Numbered from the stretch's first letter, positions 1 through 7,913 are shown. The stretch: 32,000 nt of DNA from Candidatus Saccharimonadota bacterium (GCA_049296095.1 JBAQRV010000001.1:270001-302000), one strand, 5' to 3'. Notes: generated from the letters alone by a model not told the origin. Made by a program: numbers and translations.

Positions 1-3000
1 ATGTGACAGTAAATGTTCCGCTCGAAGTAAAGCGATGAATCGTATTGCCACCCGAAGTAGTGATCGTTCCACCCGTCGCCGTCATCGTACCGGTAGGATA
101 GGAGATAATAACCACACCAGAGCCACCGGCACCACCATTTCCGCCGCCATCGCCTCCGCCGCCGCCACCGCCGCCTCTGTTCGCCGTGCCCGCTGCGCCT
201 GCAGTCGGACCGCCACCTTGGCCACCAACACCGCCAGCACAACCCGCCGCCCCTACACCATTAGTAACATTTGCCCAACGGCCACCGCTACCACCGCCTG
301 CGTAGCAGACACTTGCACCACTTATTGAAGTTGTATAGCCGGCCCCTCCTGTACCCGAGACACCTGCGCTCATAGCACCTGTTGCATTACCACCTGCGCC
401 CGTTGCGCCACCGCCACCACCACCTTGACCTGCAGTAGAGTCAGAGGATCCATTACCCCCTCTGTTCCCACGACCGATAGTCCCGAGCATACCCGCACCG
501 GCAACTCCCGTTGCTGCGTCGATCGTCCCTGCGCCGCCGCCACCAGAACCACCTATTGTCGCCTGAGAAACAGAGTTTGTGTTAATGCGCCCGCCGCCGC
601 CGCCGCCGCCTAGAGAGATAATTGTTGAGAATACCGAAGTACCACCCATTCCGCCTGGAGTACCGATGCCAACACCACCACTTCCTCCAGCACCAACCGT
701 TACGGCATACGCCTGCTGGCTTACAACTACCGTACCTTCAGAAACACCGCCACCACCACCGCCACCTGCGTGGTTATTTCCGCCGCCGCCACCGCCACCA
801 ACTACCAGCGCTTGTACCGTTGCTAGTTGTTCTGTATCTGGTACGGGTCGAAAAGCTGCACTATAAGAATAGGGGATTGTACTACTTGTAGACCAGACAA
901 AACCGGCTAACCAACTTGCATCGGTACGAGTTAATATAGAGCTGTCAGATAATTTCCGAACTGAAAGGCTAAACCCAGCGCCACCACTAACATTGTAGTC
1001 TGAAACCGCAAACTGATGTTCACCCTCAGTAAGAGTCACGTTTACCGTATAGACATTGTTATATGAGCCTGAAGCGATGATAGTACCATCAAGATAGATA
1101 TCACAGGTTTCATCGCAGTTATATGTCACCCTCACATCAGTCGGTGAAGTAACCGTAATTGTTCGACTATCGCGAAAGAATGAGTACTGCGCCGACGGGG
1201 AATTACCGGAGCCATCATAATTATGCACTGTCGTAATCCAACGCGCACCCGCATCGCTACTATTACTTGTCCATGCGCTGTTAACTGCCTGTGCACTAAA
1301 CCTATCTCGACTCACTCCCCACATACTTGATAACGCATCAAAATCCTTATGTGCAAAGTTAACCGTGTCACCGGCCGTTGCTCGCCAACTGCGATCTGTC
1401 ACTGCAACTGGGATTGAAGCACCTTCTTGAATGACGCTCGCTTCAAAACGAGCAGCATTGTTTGCTAAGTCTGGACTCAGGTTAATCAAACGTACAAATA
1501 CATTGTGACATCCACTCGATAAAGTGACACTACCGGATCCGAGAGTGCCCGCTTCAGACCTAGTAATATACTTCCCGTCGACATATATATATGCACTATC
1601 GTTCACACCAGACACCTGTACGCCAACGTTATAAGTTCCTGCATTCGTCACGCTAAAGTCTTTCCTGTAGTAGGTCGAGCCGGGATTTAAAGCACTGTCA
1701 GAAATACTTATTGTCTGCGCTAAAGACGTGGGAGAGTAATCGACCTGAGTACTCGTAAGAACAGCTGCTTGCCAACCTAATGTGCTCGAAGTTGCCCCGG
1801 AACATAGATCGGGAACGACCGCCGCCTGGACGCTTGGTTGAGTGTAAGTTCGCCAGACCGATCCATTCGATGTACGAGTAATTTCCGTATAGCCAGTATT
1901 AGGGATAGTGACCGCTTTGCCATCACTATCGAGAGTCGGGCGACCCACACTAAATGAACTGCGGACATTGCCGTTCTGGGTTACGAAACATTGCGGGCCG
2001 CTAGGGCAGGGGGCAGAACTTGAACTTGTCACAGTAAAGGTACCACTCGATGTAAAGGTGTGGGTCGTGCGTCCACCAGAAGTGGTGATCGTGCCCCCGG
2101 TTGCCGTTATCCATCCGGTTGGATAAGAAATAATAACAATACCAGAGCCACCATTACCACCCTTATTATTAGAGTTATAGTGAGACCCTCCGCCGCCGCC
2201 GCCGCCAGTATTAGCGCCAGCGTTACCTCCTGGCGTATTCGTTTGAGCGTTCGGACTACCACCGCCACCAGGCGATCCGTTATTAATACCTAGCGTACCG
2301 CCAAGCGTTACACCGACAGCGCCACCGCCGCCACCGCCAATACCTCCATTGCCGCCAGCAGATAATGTATAAGCAGCGCCACCGCCGCCACCGCCAAAGT
2401 AATATGAACTGATATCTGAATATCGGATTCCAGCCCCTCCGTTTGCCTGGGCAGGTCCACTAGTACCAGCACCACCCGCACCACCACCACCACCTGAATA
2501 ATATGTGGTTGAGGTGGAACCACCTCCATTGTTTCCTTGTCCAAGAGTACCAAGTCCACCGGGCATAAGTGGTGCTCCAGCCGTATAGCCACTTGAACCA
2601 CCGCCGCTGCCACCGGCAGCACCGCCTGGACCAGGCATGTAGATATGATGGGAGCTACCACCTCGGCCACCGCCGAGCGCGTTCACAACCTCAGCACTAT
2701 CGGCTGTATCGGTCGTATCCCGTCCGTACACCTCAACTCGGGCTGTACGATTCATTCCCGATGTACCGCAACAACTATACCAGTCTCCCGCGCTGTAACT
2801 CCCTTGTTTTAGACCGATACCTCCACCCGCATCATCCGAAGTATAGACACCAGCACCGTTCTCATTAAAACGAAAACCCCAGCGTGCTGCGGCGCTACTC
2901 ACACCCAGATCTCCTAGCTTTGTACCCCAGGCAGATGGCCCGGGAGGACCAGTTTGTTGGATTGGTTGGCTACTGAACGCAGTCGAGAAGTACGGTGAGG

Positions 3001-3952
3001 ATGTATGATTACCCCAGTTTCTAAATTCATTGAATCCCTGTAGGGCTGTCCGGCTCGACCATGCACTTGAATGGAGCCAACGCCTATCATCAGCATCTGG
3101 CCATCGAGCCATCAAATCAGTCACTGATGATTCGTTGAATGAACGGAACTTCGCATCGCCGTCATTTCTATTCAATGCCGATTCATTCAACGTATTGGCT
3201 GTATCCCAATAACTAGAGCTGTATGAAAAAGTCGTTCCCCGAGTTGCCTTCATAAGAAGTGTCCAGCCGCCGCCAGTATAAGTCATGTCACAATATGCCT
3301 GGAACGGGCTATTTGGGCCTGTCGTGTCGGGATCAATCCAGTACACGCCATCTGTGTTAATGCCGTCTAGCTTTAGTGAGTAGCAACTTTTACCGGGGAT
3401 GCTCGAACTCGAGCCATAAGTTGGGATAGAGGCAGGCTTAATCGACGAATTTTCTCCATTTTTTGCCGGAATAGTAAACTGGTGAGCAGAAGCTTGACCG
3501 TTAGTACCCCCAGCAGGAGCGCCAGCGCCACCCGCACCGACAGTCACTGTGTACGCCTGGTTTGATATTGGAAGGTCTGCGTTGTACACAACACCACCGC
3601 CACCACCGCCACCGCCCATATCCATACCACCGCCGCCGCCGCCAGCCACGATGAGAGCGCGCACAGTCGGAGCAGACAACTCGTTACCAGCACAATCGGT
3701 CGAGGGGGTGAGCGGCTTCGCATCAGTCCACTGCGGCACATTCTCACTTGCCGTAAGACAGGCTTTCGCGTAAGCAACCCCAGCCTCACCAGCCATCTGA
3801 GCAAGTTGCTGATAGTACTGGGTTTTAAGAGTTGTCCGCACCGCAGCGGTTGCCGAAACGGAAATAGCAAGAATAGACAATAAGATAACTGAAGCAATCA
3901 ACACTGTCGGCAGTGCAAAACCTTTTTTAAAACTGGTGTGCATGGAATGCAT
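1..3952 (-). CDS. Giant secreted/surface protein whose C-terminus is cut by the window edge. It has a prepilin/PilX_N-like N-terminal segment, two polyglycine-rich modules, an inserted fibrinogen-C-like domain and two beta-sandwich repeats.
   Basis: Manual frame check: minus-strand codons starting at 3952, 3949 and so on contain no TAA/TAG/TGA down to position 2 (1,317 codons). The upstream in-frame stop is at 3964..3962, the first ATG at 3952 and a second ATG at 3943. The gene is missing from the track because no stop lies inside the window. N-terminus: MHSMHTSFKKGFALPTVLIASVILLSILAISVSATAAVRTTLKTQYYQQLAQMAGEAGVAYAKACL. Long G-runs occur, e.g. ALIVAGGGGGGMDMGGGGGGGGVVYN..YTVTVGAGGAG. YCDMTYTGGGWTLLMK is present, and the motif GSG(I/V)VIISYPTG..TATGGTITTSGG.T.H.FTSSGTFTVT occurs twice. 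Confidence 0.85.
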   Translation of the reverse strand, partial: MHSMHTSFKKGFALPTVLIASVILLSILAISVSATAAVRTTLKTQYYQQLAQMAGEAGVAYAKACLTASENVPQWTDAKPLTPSTDCAGNELSAPTVRALIVAGGGGGGMDMGGGGGGGGVVYNADLPISNQAYTVTVGAGGAGAPAGGTNGQASAHQFTIPAKNGENSSIKPASIPTYGSSSSIPGKSCYSLKLDGINTDGVYWIDPDTTGPNSPFQAYCDMTYTGGGWTLLMKATRGTTFSYSSSYWDTANTLNESALNRNDGDAKFRSFNESSVTDLMARWPDADDRRWLHSSAWSSRTALQGFNEFRNWGNHTSSPYFSTAFSSQPIQQTGPPGPSAWGTKLGDLGVSSAAARWGFRFNENGAGVYTSDDAGGGIGLKQGSYSAGDWYSCCGTSGMNRTARVEVYGRDTTDTADSAEVVNALGGGRGGSSHHIYMPGPGGAAGGSGGGSSGYTAGAPLMPGGLGTLGQGNNGGGSTSTTYYSGGGGGAGGAGTSGPAQANGGAGIRYSDISSYYFGGGGGGAAYTLSAGGNGGIGGGGGGAVGVTLGGTLGINNGSPGGGGSPNAQTNTPGGNAGANTGGGGGGGSHYNSNNKGGNGGSGIVIISYPTGWITATGGTITTSGGRTTHTFTSSGTFTVTSSSSAPCPSGPQCFVTQNGNVRSSFSVGRPTLDSDGKAVTIPNTGYTEITRTSNGSVWRTYTQPSVQAAVVPDLCSGATSSTLGWQAAVLTSTQVDYSPTSLAQTISISDSALNPGSTYYRKDFSVTNAGTYNVGVQVSGVNDSAYIYVDGKYITRSEAGTLGSGSVTLSSGCHNVFVRLINLSPDLANNAARFEASVIQEGASIPVAVTDRSWRATAGDTVNFAHKDFDALSSMWGVSRDRFSAQAVNSAWTSNSSDAGARWITTVHNYDGSGNSPSAQYSFFRDSRTITVTSPTDVRVTYNCDETCDIYLDGTIIASGSYNNVYTVNVTLTEGEHQFAVSDYNVSGGAGFSLSVRKLSDSSILTRTDASWLAGFVWSTSSTIPYSYSAAFRPVPDTEQLATVQALVVGGGGGGGNNHAGGGGGGGVSEGTVVVSQQAYAVTVGAGGSGGVGIGTPGGMGGTSVFSTIISLGGGGGGGRINTNSVSQATIGGSGGGGAGTIDAATGVAGAGMLGTIGRGNRGGNGSSDSTAGQGGGGGGATGAGGNATGAMSAGVSGTGGAGYTTSISGASVCYAGGGSGGRWANVTNGVGAAGCAGGVGGQGGGPTAGAAGTANRGGGGGGGGDGGGNGGAGGSGVVIISYPTGTMTATGGTITTSGGNTIHRFTSSGTFTVT
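2..811 (-). repeat. Polyglycine-rich module, copy 2 (uninterrupted)
   Basis: ALVVGGGGGGGNNHAGGGGGGGVSEGTVVVSQQAYAVTVGAGGSGG...TSVFSTIISLGGGGGGG...NRGGGGGGGGDGGGNGGAGGSGVVIISYPTGTMTATGGTITTSGGNTIHRFTSSGTFTVT. The terminal 41-aa motif (nt 2..124) parallels nt 2027..2149. Confidence 0.7.
905..1741 (-). repeat. Two tandem beta-sandwich-like (PA14/CBM-like) repeats inside the giant protein
   Basis: Repeat 1 (about 1379..1741): ...YYRKDFSVTNAGTYNVGVQVSGVNDSAYIYVDGKYI...GCHNVFVRLINLS...ARFEASV...VTDRSWRA. Repeat 2 (about 905..1378): ...FFRDSRTITVTSPTDVRVTYNCDETCDIYLDGTII...GEHQFAVSDYNVSGGAGFSLSV...TRTDASWLA. Both share the pattern F....V......V.V....D...IY(V/L)DG..I....G.H.F.V......F.(A/L)SV....TD.SW.A. 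Confidence 0.5.
2027..3658 (-). repeat. Polyglycine-rich module, copy 1 (interrupted by the fibrinogen-like insert)
   Basis: Runs from ALIVAGGGGGG...QAYTVTVGAGGAG through the insert and ...GGGGGGGSHYNSNNKGGNGGSGIVIISYPTGWITATGGTITTSGGRTTHTFTSSGTFTVT. It has the same order of elements as copy 2. Confidence 0.7.
2720..3394 (-). other. Fibrinogen C-terminal-like (FReD) domain embedded in the giant protein
   Basis: Translation: GKSCYSLKLDGINTDGVYWIDPDTTGPNSPFQAYCDMTYTGGGWTLLMKATRGTTFSYSSSYWDT...RTARVEVYGR. This matches the hallmark pattern SC..L...G....G(V/I)Y.I.P......PF.(V/A)YCDM.T.GGGWT(V/L) of fibrinogen-related domains. Confidence 0.7.
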
Positions 3953-3987
3953 ATTGTTTAGTTAGCCCTACTCAAATACTTGGCACT

Positions 3988-3996
3988 ATTGTACCA
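3988..3996 (-). promoter_or_regulatory. Extended -10 box TGgTACAAT upstream of the giant gene
   Basis: The reverse complement of attgtacca reads tggtacaat. A 35-nt leader follows to ATG 3952, with no obvious SD. Confidence 0.45.
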
Positions 3997-4076
3997 TAAG
4001 CAGCATAGCTAGGCCGTATTTACTCAGCCGAATAATTACTGTATAATGTATAGTGAAATCAAGAGAGGGAACAATC

Positions 4077-4352
4077 ATGACTACCGCAACGCCACAAATC
4101 ACCATTTATCGCACCAGCTGGTGTGCTTTCTGCCACACCGAAGCGCAGTGGCTCGAACGACTCGGTATTCCTTTTATCGAAAAAGATATCGAAGCTGACC
4201 CAGAAGCAAATGCCGAGCTAATGAAAAAGATCAACAACGACTTCCGCGGCGTACCCGTCACAGATGTCGCTGGTGATATCATCCTTGGGTTTGACCGTCC
4301 AAAGCTCCAAGACGCCATCAAAGCACACAACATCCAACCCGCTACTGCCTAG
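4077..4352 (+). CDS. Glutaredoxin-like / NrdH-like thiol-disulfide oxidoreductase
   Basis: ITIYRTSWCAFCHTEAQWLERLGIPFIEKDI carries a CxxC motif in a thioredoxin-fold context. I prefer ATG 4077, which is preceded by GAGAGGGA, over the track's GTG 4053. A TATAAT box lies at 4042-4047. Confidence 0.8.
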   Translation: MTTATPQITIYRTSWCAFCHTEAQWLERLGIPFIEKDIEADPEANAELMKKINNDFRGVPVTDVAGDIILGFDRPKLQDAIKAHNIQPATA

Positions 4353-4360
4353 GTTTGTTG

Positions 4361-4366
4361 TATGAT
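4361..4366 (+). promoter_or_regulatory. -10-like TATGAT, 8 nt upstream of ATG 4375
   Basis: ttgTATGATaagagtcaATG, with no SD between box and start. Confidence 0.4.
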
Positions 4367-4374
4367 AAGAGTCA

Positions 4375-5157
4375 ATGACCCAGTCAAAGACGCTTATTTT
4401 TATTCACGGCTTTCGTGGGACCCACCACGGGCTTGAACTGATTGCCAAAGAATTTAAAGGCTTCCATGTCATCATTCCAGATCTGCCGGGCTTTGCCGAA
4501 GGTGATCGGCTTGAAACTTATAATTTAGCGTCATATGTCGAATGGCTTCGTGTCTTTATCGCCGAACAAAAACTGGCCGAACCACCAGTATTACTAGGTC
4601 ATTCATTTGGCACAATTATCTCGGCTGCTTATGCCGCCAAATATCCCGAAACAATCGAGAAACTTATCCTAGTTAATCCAATTGGCGCCCCAGCCCTCGA
4701 GGGACCACGCGCTATTGCGAGTCGATTGACCGAATTTTACTACTGGGTTGGTAAGCAGTTGCCTGAAAAACTTGGCCAAAAATGGCTGGCTTCACGTACC
4801 ATTGTCCTAGTAATGGGCAAATTGATGATTAAATCAAAAGACAAGAAAATGCGCGATTTCATTAACGATCAACATCTCCGTTATTTCAGCATGTTCCATG
4901 ACCGAAAATCCGTCGCCGAAAGCTTTACGACATCAATCAGCCATAACGTCCGTGAATCTGCGCCATCCATCCAGCTACCGACGCTGATTATCGCCGGAGC
5001 CGAGGATGACATTACACCGTTATCAAAACAACGTGAACTGCAAAAATTATTTAAGGACGCCCAACTTGAGGTCATCGAAGGGGTGGGTCATTTAACTCAC
5101 TACGAAAAACCCAAAGACGTCGCCCGATTTGTTCAAGATTTTATAAGACTCTCGTAG
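4375..5157 (+). CDS. Alpha/beta-fold hydrolase
   Basis: LIFIHGFRGTHHG, the nucleophile elbow GHSFG and the C-terminal GVGHLTHYEKP (catalytic His region). Confidence 0.8.
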   Translation: MTQSKTLIFIHGFRGTHHGLELIAKEFKGFHVIIPDLPGFAEGDRLETYNLASYVEWLRVFIAEQKLAEPPVLLGHSFGTIISAAYAAKYPETIEKLILVNPIGAPALEGPRAIASRLTEFYYWVGKQLPEKLGQKWLASRTIVLVMGKLMIKSKDKKMRDFINDQHLRYFSMFHDRKSVAESFTTSISHNVRESAPSIQLPTLIIAGAEDDITPLSKQRELQKLFKDAQLEVIEGVGHLTHYEKPKDVARFVQDFIRLS

Positions 5158-6299
5158 ATCGCCTCAAACCTTGCAAGGGTCGTCTCGAGATCATGAGTCT
5201 TGGCAATAGCCAAACTCTCTTTGCTCATACGCTCACGCTCGACGGGGTCCGTAAGTACCTTTAGAAGTGCGGCTGCCATTGCTTGATCGTCATCGAGCGG
5301 GAAGAGATAGCCGTTGCGCCCGTCCTGACATAATTCACTTAGAGCTCCCGCATCAACCGCAACCACAGGCTGACCACTGGCCATTGCTTCGAGTGTTGCA
5401 ATACTCTGCAATTCCATCGGCGAAGGCATCGCAAAAACGGTGCCAACTTGATGGAGTAACTCCTTATCTTCTTCGGTGACACGGCCGGTGAAGGTGATGT
5501 GATCAAAAATAGCTAATTCGTGGGCTTGTTCTTTAAGATTAATCGCTTCTTGACCATCACCAATAATCAAGAGGTGAGCATTCTGCGTATCGAGGAGGCG
5601 TTTAAGGGCATTAATCAGTACGAATACATGTTTTTCAGCGTCCAAGCGTCCCACGAAGGTAATGATAGGTATGTCAGTGGGGAGATTAAATTTTTTATAA
5701 AAATCTTGATCGGGCTTCCCTGGCGTAAAGTGGGTGAGATCGATGCCGTTAGACACCGCCTCCATAGGCACCTTTACCTTGTCGCTGGCATTAAACATAT
5801 CGATGGCAGATTGTGTTGGCAGTGTCACATAGTCGGCTTTGGAATGAAACCGAGCCCCATATTGAGTCAGCATGTAATTAATCGGGCGTGCGATTGGTGC
5901 AAGCAACATGATATTATCCATCAAGTTTTCCGGCATGGCGTGATTCGTCGTCACAATCGGAATATCCTTCTTGTTCCCGTATTTCATTGCCGCCTGGCCA
6001 ATCCACATCATCATTTGAATATGAATAACATCGGGCTCGAACTCTTCAATAATCTTTTTTACTTCGCGACCAGGAGTAGGGGAGATGCGGAAATTTTGGT
6101 AAGGCAGAAACGGCACTGAAGCCGTTCGGACGACGATGTGGTTATTATCAATTTCTTTAAACTTTTTGTTTGTCTGACTGGGCGCAATCACCAAAACCTC
6201 ATGCCCACGAGCCGCCAAGCCCCGAGCGAGATTGCGGCTAAAAGTCGCCACGCCATTGATCGTCGGGTAGTGTAAATCCGACGCGATAAGGATTTTCAT
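5133..6299 (-). CDS. Glycosyltransferase, GT4 family (GT-B fold)
   Basis: MKILIASDLHYPTINGVATFSRNLARGLAARGHEVLVIAP at the N-terminus. EX7E motif in PSPMELQSIATLEAMASGQPVV. Its 3' end overlaps the convergent hydrolase gene by 25 nt. Confidence 0.85.
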   Translation of the reverse strand: MKILIASDLHYPTINGVATFSRNLARGLAARGHEVLVIAPSQTNKKFKEIDNNHIVVRTASVPFLPYQNFRISPTPGREVKKIIEEFEPDVIHIQMMMWIGQAAMKYGNKKDIPIVTTNHAMPENLMDNIMLLAPIARPINYMLTQYGARFHSKADYVTLPTQSAIDMFNASDKVKVPMEAVSNGIDLTHFTPGKPDQDFYKKFNLPTDIPIITFVGRLDAEKHVFVLINALKRLLDTQNAHLLIIGDGQEAINLKEQAHELAIFDHITFTGRVTEEDKELLHQVGTVFAMPSPMELQSIATLEAMASGQPVVAVDAGALSELCQDGRNGYLFPLDDDQAMAAALLKVLTDPVERERMSKESLAIAKTHDLETTLARFEAIYESLIKS

Positions 6300-6308
6300 A
6301 TGTGTCTT

Positions 6309-6317
6309 AGTATACCA
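6309..6317 (-). promoter_or_regulatory. Extended -10 TGgTATACT, 9 nt upstream of ATG 6299
   Basis: Minus strand reads tcaTGgTATACTaagacacatATG. Confidence 0.5.
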
Positions 6318-6343
6318 TGACCACTTCCGCCTCTAGTAGTGTC

Positions 6344-6352
6344 TGCTATAAT
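6344..6352 (+). promoter_or_regulatory. Extended -10 TGcTATAAT, 10 nt upstream of ATG 6363
   Basis: gtcTGcTATAATcgtacgtaagATG. Divergent from the promoter at 6309-6317. Confidence 0.5.
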
Positions 6353-6362
6353 CGTACGTAAG

Positions 6363-7430
6363 ATGAAGTTCTTGTTTGATGCACGGTATATCCGTCCAGA
6401 TTTTCACGATGGGATTAGTCGTTACTCGGTCAGTATGGGCAATGCCCTCAGTAAACTCATGCCGGTGACTTTTATTATTTCTGATGAAAAGCAACGCGAC
6501 TTTCTGCCTAAAAAAGCCAAGTTTATTAGATTTCATAAACCAACTTCAGCGAAAGAGCCTTTTAGTGCACTGCTCCTAAACAAATACCATCCTGATGTCG
6601 TCTTTTCGCCAATGCAGACAATAGGCGCACTCGGTCGAAAGTTTAAACTCATCCTAACTCTACATGATATGATCTATTATCGTCACCGTACTCCACCGAA
6701 AGACCTCAACCCACTCCTCCGACTCGGCTGGTACCTGTTTCATTTGACTTACGTCCCACAGCGACTCGTACTGAATCGTGCCGATCTCGTTATCACAGTC
6801 AGCGAAACAGCCAAGAAGCAGTTCGAAGCCGCAAAGCTCACTAAGCGATCAATCGTCGCTATCCCTTCGGCTCCAAGCACCTTTGATAAGCCGCCAAAAA
6901 TGACACAAAGCGACTTCCCGAAGAATATTGTATATATGGGATCATTTATGCCCTACAAGAATGTCGAAACTCTCATTAGAGCAATGGAATGGCTACCAGG
7001 AAGATCCTTACACCTGCTCAGCCGTATTTCAATCGAGCGCGAAAAGGAGTTGCGATTGCTTATACCGCGAGGTGCAGAGGTTATTTTTCACCGTGGCGTG
7101 ACAGATCAGGAATACGCTCAGATACTGGCTGAAGATGCCATATTTGCTTCCGCTAGTCTTGATGAAGGCTACGGCCTTCCTCTCGCCGAAGCACTATCAT
7201 TTGGCGTACCTGCAGTCGTCAGTGATATCGACATTTTTCACGAGGTAGGTGGTAAAGGAGCACTTTATTTTAATCCACATGATCCAAAAGACTTTGCCAA
7301 ATGCGTAAAAACGCTTGACGATGCCACGAAAAAACATAGACTGATCGCGGCTGGTAAAAAACGCATGAAACAATTCACCTGGGACGCTGCCGCCCAATCT
7401 CTGAGAGCAGCCATCAAAAGCCTCCAGTAG
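6363..7430 (+). CDS. Glycosyltransferase, GT4/GT1 family
   Basis: MKFLFDARYIRPDFHDGISRYS at the N-terminus. EX7E motif in ASLDEGYGLPLAEALSFGVPAVVSD. The track's GTG 6339 start would lie inside the -10 box, so ATG 6363 is preferred. Confidence 0.8.
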   Translation: MKFLFDARYIRPDFHDGISRYSVSMGNALSKLMPVTFIISDEKQRDFLPKKAKFIRFHKPTSAKEPFSALLLNKYHPDVVFSPMQTIGALGRKFKLILTLHDMIYYRHRTPPKDLNPLLRLGWYLFHLTYVPQRLVLNRADLVITVSETAKKQFEAAKLTKRSIVAIPSAPSTFDKPPKMTQSDFPKNIVYMGSFMPYKNVETLIRAMEWLPGRSLHLLSRISIEREKELRLLIPRGAEVIFHRGVTDQEYAQILAEDAIFASASLDEGYGLPLAEALSFGVPAVVSDIDIFHEVGGKGALYFNPHDPKDFAKCVKTLDDATKKHRLIAAGKKRMKQFTWDAAAQSLRAAIKSLQ

Positions 7431-7432
7431 TT

Positions 7433-7441
7433 TGCTACAAT
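7433..7441 (+). promoter_or_regulatory. Extended -10 TGcTACAAT, 9 nt upstream of smpB ATG
   Basis: ttTGcTACAATaaggggattATG. The aagggg could alternatively act as a closely spaced SD. Confidence 0.4.
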
Positions 7442-7450
7442 AAGGGGATT

Positions 7451-7912
7451 ATGGCCACCAAGAAAAAGCCCCTCAAACCTCGCGCAATCCTCAATCGTCG
7501 CGCGTCTTTTGACTATGCCCTCGACGAAGAGCTCGTAACAGGCATTGTCCTGACCGGCAGAGAGGCCCGAGCCGCTCGAGACGGGCGAGTCCAACTAAAA
7601 GGCTCGTTCGTAACAATCAGGAATAATGAACTTTGGCTTAACAATGCCAGTTTCAGTCTCGTTCTCAACAGTAAAACGGACAATTCTACCTCTGTTGATA
7701 CTTCTCCCAGAAAACTCCTGGCCAGCCGCAAGCAAATCGAGGAACTTGCCGAGCGCAAACAAGCGGGGATGAGTATCGTCCCGATAAAACTCCTCACCCA
7801 AGGTAACTATATCAAGTTGGTCATTGCGCTCGGTAAGGGCAAGAAGAACTACGATAAGCGTCAGGCCATTAAACAACGCGACCAAGAACGCGAAAATAAA
7901 ATTCGTTTATAA
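7451..7912 (+). CDS. smpB: SsrA-binding protein SmpB
   Basis: NRRASFDYALDEELVTGIVLTGREARAARDGRVQLKGSFV...ELWLNNASFSL, about 150 aa with a basic C-terminal tail. Confidence 0.9.
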   Translation: MATKKKPLKPRAILNRRASFDYALDEELVTGIVLTGREARAARDGRVQLKGSFVTIRNNELWLNNASFSLVLNSKTDNSTSVDTSPRKLLASRKQIEELAERKQAGMSIVPIKLLTQGNYIKLVIALGKGKKNYDKRQAIKQRDQERENKIRL

Positions 7913-7913
7913 T
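7908..7913 (+). promoter_or_regulatory. -10 TATAAT overlapping the smpB stop, 6 nt upstream of xth ATG
   Basis: cgtttaTAATagtcatATG reading as TATAAT + agtcat + ATG(7920). Confidence 0.4.

Noticed and set aside
35-3773. Track ORFs 35-328, 425-613, 579-866, 622-891, 1908-2126, 2060-2293, 2569-2868, 3030-3212 and 3549-3773 (+), and 370-552, 1777-1968, 2308-2670, 2914-3096 and 3544-3897 (-). Many encode poly-Pro/Ala/Arg/His.
   Set aside because: All lie antisense to, or out of frame with, the 1,317-codon minus-strand ORF. Their low-complexity P/A/R content is the mirror image of GGN glycine codons. None has a credible start context.
5520-6119. 199-aa plus-strand ORF, and similar long alternative-frame ORFs (11086-11727, 11292-11846, 16472-16879, 16888-17292, 30022-30411 and others).
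   Set aside because: They overlap well-supported family-assignable genes on the opposite strand or in another frame. They lack start signals and have low-complexity or stop-avoiding composition.
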